Shown: piece after piece, positions 7,647 through 12,081 of the stretch | How the letters are laid out: each line of letters begins with the position of its first letter | Numbering within the stretch: the first letter of the stretch is position 1 | Assembly: GCA_029932605.1 (NCBI GenBank) | Contig: JAOZPT010000065.1 | Coordinates: 1 to 12,081, forward strand | DNA from: Candidatus Zixiibacteriota bacterium | Lineage (GTDB): Bacteria; Zixibacteria; MSB-5A5; UBA10806; 4484-95 | Length of the DNA stretch: 12,081 nt | Direction: 5' to 3' | The notes under the pieces: model-generated | Database searches by the model: none | The model's input: the letters and a program-made list of their open reading frames with translations, nothing else | What the model was told of the DNA's origin: nothing | Position numbers and translations under genes: made by a program

Positions 7647-8798
7647 TCAATGTAAATCCTTCATCCGCCAAAACTCAATGAACATGCCAATAAACGCAAT
7701 GTCGGCTGAGACGTTGTTTACTCCATGCACCCTTGATGCCTTTGCCAGAATTTTAAACCATCTCCTAAGGGCTCCGGTCGATGGAGCCACCCGGGCAACA
7801 GTTTTTATCCTGTCTTTAATATCGATATTTATAAGCTTTTTTTCAAGCCCAAATTTTAAGATATAAATATCCCGTAATATTTTTTCCAAAATATTAAAAT
7901 CATTGCGCACTGCGTCATAATCAGGTTTTTGGTAACGACGCTGGAGCGCCTCAATAGTATTTGTCAATGATTGTTTTTCAATAAATTCAGCTACAATTTT
8001 CCAGAGCTTATCTCGTCTTTCAACAAGGTCATCCTCGTATGCTTTCAAGGCCAAACCTGGGCTTCCTGAGCTGAACCTGATATAAAAATCATGTGAACCG
8101 TCTATACCTTGCTTTTCAAGATACGATTTTATCAAATCATCGCTTACGGGATTCAAAGGTATTTTTAACGTGCGGGATAGCAATGTAGGTAAAAGGACAT
8201 GTGTTTTCGACGAGGTTATAATAACCAGAGAGTCTTCAGGTGGCTCCTCGACTGTCTTTAAAAACAGATCAGCCGCACCAAAAGCCATCTGGTCGATATC
8301 ACATACCACAACCGCTCTTCTTTCTCCTAACATTGGTCTTTTGCTGATGGCCCTTATAAGGTCCTTGACAACCTCTACCGGAATGTTGCCCTTTTTGGAA
8401 AAGGATACTATCCGATATGGGTCAGCTGATTTTTCGGCTAAAAATCTGTTTACCTCGTCAAGGGTCTCATTTGAGTAACGGGCACCTGAGGATACAGAGT
8501 CGGAGAAATGAAATACGGTATTTCTTTTAGATTCGGGAGAGATATTTGGAAACGGAAAAACCAGCAGAAAATCAGGATGGTTAAAATTTGAGATACTGCG
8601 ACAGCTGGAACACTTCCCACATCCTTTGTTGTCATCCTGGCAGAGAAAGCGATAAGCCATATGAACTGCCATGGCAAACTTACCGATACCCGGACACCCG
8701 GTCAAAAGTATTGCCTGCCCTCGTTTGCCCAGCCTTATGATCCGGTCAATGGTTTTAAGAGGCTTGGTCTGACCAAGTATTTTTTTTACCGTAACCAT
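7647..8798 (-). CDS. holB: DNA polymerase III delta' subunit
   Basis: AILLTGCPGIGK, Zn motif C..GCGKCSSC, HPDF, FLKTVEEPP, LLPTLLSR. Adjacent to ricT and metG. Confidence 0.92.
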   Translation of the reverse strand: MVTVKKILGQTKPLKTIDRIIRLGKRGQAILLTGCPGIGKFAMAVHMAYRFLCQDDNKGCGKCSSCRSISNFNHPDFLLVFPFPNISPESKRNTVFHFSDSVSSGARYSNETLDEVNRFLAEKSADPYRIVSFSKKGNIPVEVVKDLIRAISKRPMLGERRAVVVCDIDQMAFGAADLFLKTVEEPPEDSLVIITSSKTHVLLPTLLSRTLKIPLNPVSDDLIKSYLEKQGIDGSHDFYIRFSSGSPGLALKAYEDDLVERRDKLWKIVAEFIEKQSLTNTIEALQRRYQKPDYDAVRNDFNILEKILRDIYILKFGLEKKLINIDIKDRIKTVARVAPSTGALRRWFKILAKASRVHGVNNVSADIAFIGMFIEFWRMKDLH

Positions 8799-9961
8799 GC
8801 CGCTGGATTTAATTGTTCCTTCCCTTTTCTCAATTCGAAATGTAAAACCGGCTTAGCAGAAGCACCCGTTTCGCTTACTGTGCCAAGGATCTCTCCCGCG
8901 GTGATAAGCTGACCTATCTCTACCAATATCTCGTCAAGATGAGCATAAAGCGAATAATAACTACCGCCATGGTCGATGATAACAAAACTTCCATAACCAC
9001 GCAACCAGGAGATATAAGTCACCTCGCCAGTAGCAATTGCACGAACTGGGCTACCCATATCCGCTTCTATGTCAATCCCTGGATTAGATATAACGGTAGC
9101 ATATTTTTCATCTCTTATCTTGCCAAAGCCTCTGATAATTTTACCCGTAACCGGCCAGAGAAGTTTGCCTTGCAATTTTAAAAAAGCTCTTGCTTCCTCG
9201 ATCTCAGAGGCTGTCTTTTTAGCCATCAGTATCTCTATTATTCCTGATATCCGCTCCTGGTCCTCAACTAATTGCTGAATTTCCTTTAACTGTACATCCT
9301 TTTTTCTGCGAATCTCCATTAATAATCGTTTCCTATTTTTGCGAGCAACCTTGACGATTTTTGCCTGGGTTTCTTTCTCTGCCTTAAGATTAATAATTTC
9401 ATTTTTTCTCTTCAATAATTCAGATTTTTCGCTTTTTATACTTTGGTTTAACTCCTCCATCTTAATAATCATACTTCTGTCATACCTATTCAAAAGTGAA
9501 AAAAGGTAAAGTCTGCGGGCACCCTGCAAAAAGTCCTCAGCGCCTATCGCATACAAAAGCGGAGAAAAATTCGACCTTTTATATATCCAGACAAGTCTCT
9601 GTTCCATAATATCCTCACGCCGCTTTAACTCTTCTTGATTAACAGCTAATCTCGACTCCAATCTCTTTAGGGAATTGTTCAAATCGGTAATCTGCTTCTT
9701 GATTTTGGTGATAAACCGGTTGTTAAGGCTAAGTTGTTCTTCGATAGCATAAAGCCTCTTTAAGTATTGTTTTTCCTCGGCTTCAAGGATTTTCACCCTC
9801 TCCTCTTTGAGCTTAAGTTCCTTTTTAATGGCTTCGAGTTCAACCCGTCTTGAGCTTATAATATCATCAAGCTCGACATCCGATCTCTTTTGGGCAGTGA
9901 CATAGTCTGCATCAAATAAAACAATGATTATGATGCTTGAAATCGCCAGCCGTTGCCACAT
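8786..9961 (-). CDS. envC: EnvC-like murein hydrolase activator (signal/TM segment, coiled coil, degenerate M23/LytM domain)
   Basis: Hydrophobic N-terminus, ~220 aa coiled coil, then KLLWPVTG...NPGIDI...GYGSFVIIDHGGSYYSLYAHL...VLHFELR...LNP. Directly downstream of ftsEX. Confidence 0.9.
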   Translation of the reverse strand: MWQRLAISSIIIIVLFDADYVTAQKRSDVELDDIISSRRVELEAIKKELKLKEERVKILEAEEKQYLKRLYAIEEQLSLNNRFITKIKKQITDLNNSLKRLESRLAVNQEELKRREDIMEQRLVWIYKRSNFSPLLYAIGAEDFLQGARRLYLFSLLNRYDRSMIIKMEELNQSIKSEKSELLKRKNEIINLKAEKETQAKIVKVARKNRKRLLMEIRRKKDVQLKEIQQLVEDQERISGIIEILMAKKTASEIEEARAFLKLQGKLLWPVTGKIIRGFGKIRDEKYATVISNPGIDIEADMGSPVRAIATGEVTYISWLRGYGSFVIIDHGGSYYSLYAHLDEILVEIGQLITAGEILGTVSETGASAKPVLHFELRKGKEQLNPAAWLR

Positions 9962-9977
9962 TTTTAATTCTCCATCA

Positions 9978-10838
9978 TTAAAATCTCTCGGAATACTTCC
10001 TCAGAGCAATGTGACTGCCAACCAACCCGACCATACTACATCCAACGATAAAGCATATCGTCTCGATTGCGCTTAAATAGTTCACAGATATAACATGGTT
10101 CGAAAAATACATAGTTCCAATTTTCAACATTCCAATTGATAATAAACTCCCCAACAGACTGATTAAAAAACCCATCAGCAGATAAGGTGAACTAATAAAA
10201 CTTTCGCTTGCGCCCACAAGCCTCATTATATAGAAAGTAAGTCTCCGCTCAGAAATGGTGACGCCAATTGTGTTACCAACAATAAAACCAGTAGCAACTA
10301 TCACCAGCACTCCCATTGTAAGACCAAGAACTGTCACTAACCTAAATATCATTTTAAGCCTTGATATGATAGTCGGCACATAACCGATGTCCTCAACACC
10401 GGCAAAGCCGTATAGCGAATCTACTAGCTTTTCAAAATTGTCCTTTTCGTAAACCGATGGGTCAAGGGTGACCTCATACGATTCGGGCAAAGGGTTTGTC
10501 TTTAATCCGGCAATCATCTCTGGACCAAACGCTTCACGTAGTTTATATAATGCCATATCTTTCGTGATGAATTTTATCCTAAGGATATATTTGTTGGCGG
10601 CCAACAAGTCCTGAAGTTTTTCTCTTGTGAGTGAATCTACATCACTTTCAAGATATATCTCAAGCGAGGCTTCAGATTTGAGCTTATCAATCGAGGCGCT
10701 GATATTTTTCGTTACAATGGCAAAACTGCCAGCTATCAATGTGGCTAAAAAAACTGTCAGCACCGAGCCTAGAAACGATATGAATCTGTGCGAGATAGCT
10801 CTGAGCGATTCACGGATGGTGAGAAAAATAAAGGTCAA
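9978..10838 (-). CDS. ftsX: Cell division ABC transporter permease FtsX
   Basis: One TM, an extracellular loop with NPLPESYEV, then three TMs with IVGNTI...IMRLVGASESFISSPYL. The TTG start overlaps the ftsE stop (TTGA). Confidence 0.93.
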   Translation of the reverse strand: MTFIFLTIRESLRAISHRFISFLGSVLTVFLATLIAGSFAIVTKNISASIDKLKSEASLEIYLESDVDSLTREKLQDLLAANKYILRIKFITKDMALYKLREAFGPEMIAGLKTNPLPESYEVTLDPSVYEKDNFEKLVDSLYGFAGVEDIGYVPTIISRLKMIFRLVTVLGLTMGVLVIVATGFIVGNTIGVTISERRLTFYIMRLVGASESFISSPYLLMGFLISLLGSLLSIGMLKIGTMYFSNHVISVNYLSAIETICFIVGCSMVGLVGSHIALRKYSERF

Positions 10839-11518
10839 TTCTCATTCTCCCGGATTTTACCATTACTTAAAAAAAGCTTCCGATATGGCATCTGGGCAAT
10901 CAGGGCGATATTATGAGTTGCCATAAGAATCGAGCATCCCCGAACGTTGATCCTACCTAAAAGTTCTAACAGAGATTGAGAGTTATCATGGTCGAGATTG
11001 CCTGTCGGTTCATCAGCCAATAAAAGGAGCGGTTCGTTAGCAAGAGCCCGGGCAATGGCCACTCGCTGGCATTCACCACCGGAGAGCTGATCGGGATAGT
11101 TGTTTCGGCGATCCAGTAACCCAACCAACCTCAATAAATCCGTTACCCTTGATGATATCTCTTTTTTCGATTTACCAACGACTTCCAGAGCCAAAGCTAT
11201 ATTTTCCCGAGCAGTCCTCTCCGGTATCAGCTTGAAATCTTGAAATATAACACCAAGCTGACGCCTTAGCACCGGTATTTGATTTTTCTTAATATGTGTA
11301 AAGTTGAAAGGACCTAAAATTACCTCACCAGAATCAGGTTTTTCTTCAAGGTATATCATTTTCAAGAGGGTGCTCTTGCCAACTCCGGATGGCCCCACAA
11401 GAAAGGCCATTTCCCCTTTGCCAAGCTCCATCGAGACATCTACTAAAATTGGAGTAACCGGCTTATCCGAAGAACCATAGTGGTAAGATTTCTTAAGGTG
11501 TCTTATTATAAGCATCAC
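10835..11518 (-). CDS. ftsE: Cell division ATP-binding protein FtsE
   Basis: Walker A GPSGVGKST, RRQLGVIFQDFKL, LSGGECQRVAIARAL, LLLADEPTGNLD, ATH. Start is GTG 11518 or ATG 11515. Confidence 0.93.
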   Translation of the reverse strand: MMLIIRHLKKSYHYGSSDKPVTPILVDVSMELGKGEMAFLVGPSGVGKSTLLKMIYLEEKPDSGEVILGPFNFTHIKKNQIPVLRRQLGVIFQDFKLIPERTARENIALALEVVGKSKKEISSRVTDLLRLVGLLDRRNNYPDQLSGGECQRVAIARALANEPLLLLADEPTGNLDHDNSQSLLELLGRINVRGCSILMATHNIALIAQMPYRKLFLSNGKIRENEN

Positions 11519-11521
11519 GGA

Positions 11522-11550
11522 AATTTACTTAAGATATTACTATGGGTCAA
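11522..11550 (-). promoter_or_regulatory. Sigma70-type promoter of the ftsE operon
   Basis: On the - strand: TTGACC (11550-11545), 17-nt spacer, TAAATT (11527-11522), then 6 nt to the ATG at 11515. Confidence 0.55.
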
Positions 11551-11681
11551 GGAGAGGATTGTTTTTTGTCAAACTGAACTTGAAGTCCTAACCTTCCACA
11601 ATGAGACAGTAACCTCCAACAAGCTTACCAAGAACTCTTTCCCGACGAAAGTAAATTATGGTACCCTACCCGACAGCGGGG

Positions 11682-11704
11682 TTAGTTTTTAAATTAAAAA
11701 CTAA
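11682..11704. repeat. Perfect 11-1-11 inverted repeat
   Basis: TTAGTTTTTAA-A-TTAAAAACTAA. Confidence 0.7.
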
Positions 11705-11914
11705 TTTTTCCAGGACTTTCCCCGAAAACTTGGGTAAAATCTTTATAATTTGAATTATTTCAATGAGTTGACTTTTTCAAAAAGTGGATATCTTGATTTT
11801 TCTAAAAATAGGGGAAACTTTTTGATGTTTTTAATTGGATAATTAAGGCCTCGCTGTTGTAATTTTGGATAATAGGAACATCCTTAAACTCTTTCGCAAC
11901 AACAGGAGGCCCGG

Positions 11915-11989
11915 ATGAATTTAACAAAAATAACAGGTAAATTGAAAGCACAACCCCAGTTCATAGACGGGGAAACTCCAACTACTTGA
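11915..11989 (+). CDS. Putative 24-aa small protein/leader peptide MNLTKITGKLKAQPQFIDGETPTT
   Basis: AGGAGG at 11904-11909, 5 nt before the ATG at 11915; TGA at 11987-11989. Below the ORF-track length cutoff. Confidence 0.5.
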   Translation: MNLTKITGKLKAQPQFIDGETPTT

Positions 11990-12036
11990 CATTTGAGATA
12001 AAACGATTTTTATTAACTAAACAACGGGGAGGTATT

Positions 12037-12081
12037 ATGAAAACAAACTCTCATGTTAAAACAACAATGGTGATACCGTCA
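12037..12081 (+). CDS. 5' end of a gene running off the window (MKTNSHVKTTMVIPS...), product unknown
   Basis: Strong SD GGGGAGGT at 12026-12033 before the ATG at 12037. The frame is open to the window end. Confidence 0.65.
   Translation, partial: MKTNSHVKTTMVIPS

Noticed and set aside
8780..8788. A8 run (- strand) at the envC/holB overlap as a frameshift or phase-variation site
   Set aside because: The envC TAA stop begins before the run, so slippage cannot fuse the proteins, and phase variation of essential holB is implausible.
127..11692. Short alternative-frame and antisense ORFs in the track (e.g. 127-423, 398-850, 1525-1767, 4902-5117, 6892-7197, 8170-8478, 10627-10926, 11480-11692)
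   Set aside because: They overlap well-supported genes and show no recognisable motifs, so they are best explained as shadow ORFs.
11560..11900. Replication origin (oriC) or a known riboswitch in the AT-rich intergenic region
   Set aside because: No perfect DnaA box, only a few degenerate ones, and no dnaA/gidA-type context. I could not match conserved cores of c-di-GMP, cobalamin, TPP or fluoride riboswitches by eye; an Rfam search would be needed to exclude them fully.
1..12081. CRISPR array, IS/transposase, integrase, tRNA or rRNA
   Set aside because: No regularly spaced repeats, terminal inverted repeats with a transposase, or RNA-gene signatures were seen.

Overview
Bacterial chromosomal window, mostly housekeeping genes. 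The domain style (cohesin/dockerin plus a C-terminal 'PNPFN' FlgD-Ig/T9SS-like sorting domain, long-insert HolB, PSP1/RicT) suggests an FCB-related lineage such as candidate division Zixibacteria; this is inference. The + strand carries the 3' part of a large, acidic, Cys-rich modular surface protein, an intrinsic terminator, and a DUF2723/TMEM260-like membrane glycosyltransferase with TPRs. The - strand carries a tightly packed ftsE-ftsX-envC-holB-ricT run followed by metG. The last ~560 bp is a divergent, palindrome-rich regulatory region containing an uncalled 24-codon ORF with a strong SD and the start of another gene. No mobile element, CRISPR array, tRNA or rRNA was seen. Best leads: a possible surface-protein/O-glycosyltransferase pair, an atypical cohesin-dockerin scaffold, two apparently leaderless promoters, a synonymously diverged 7-aa duplication in MetRS, and the small ORF.
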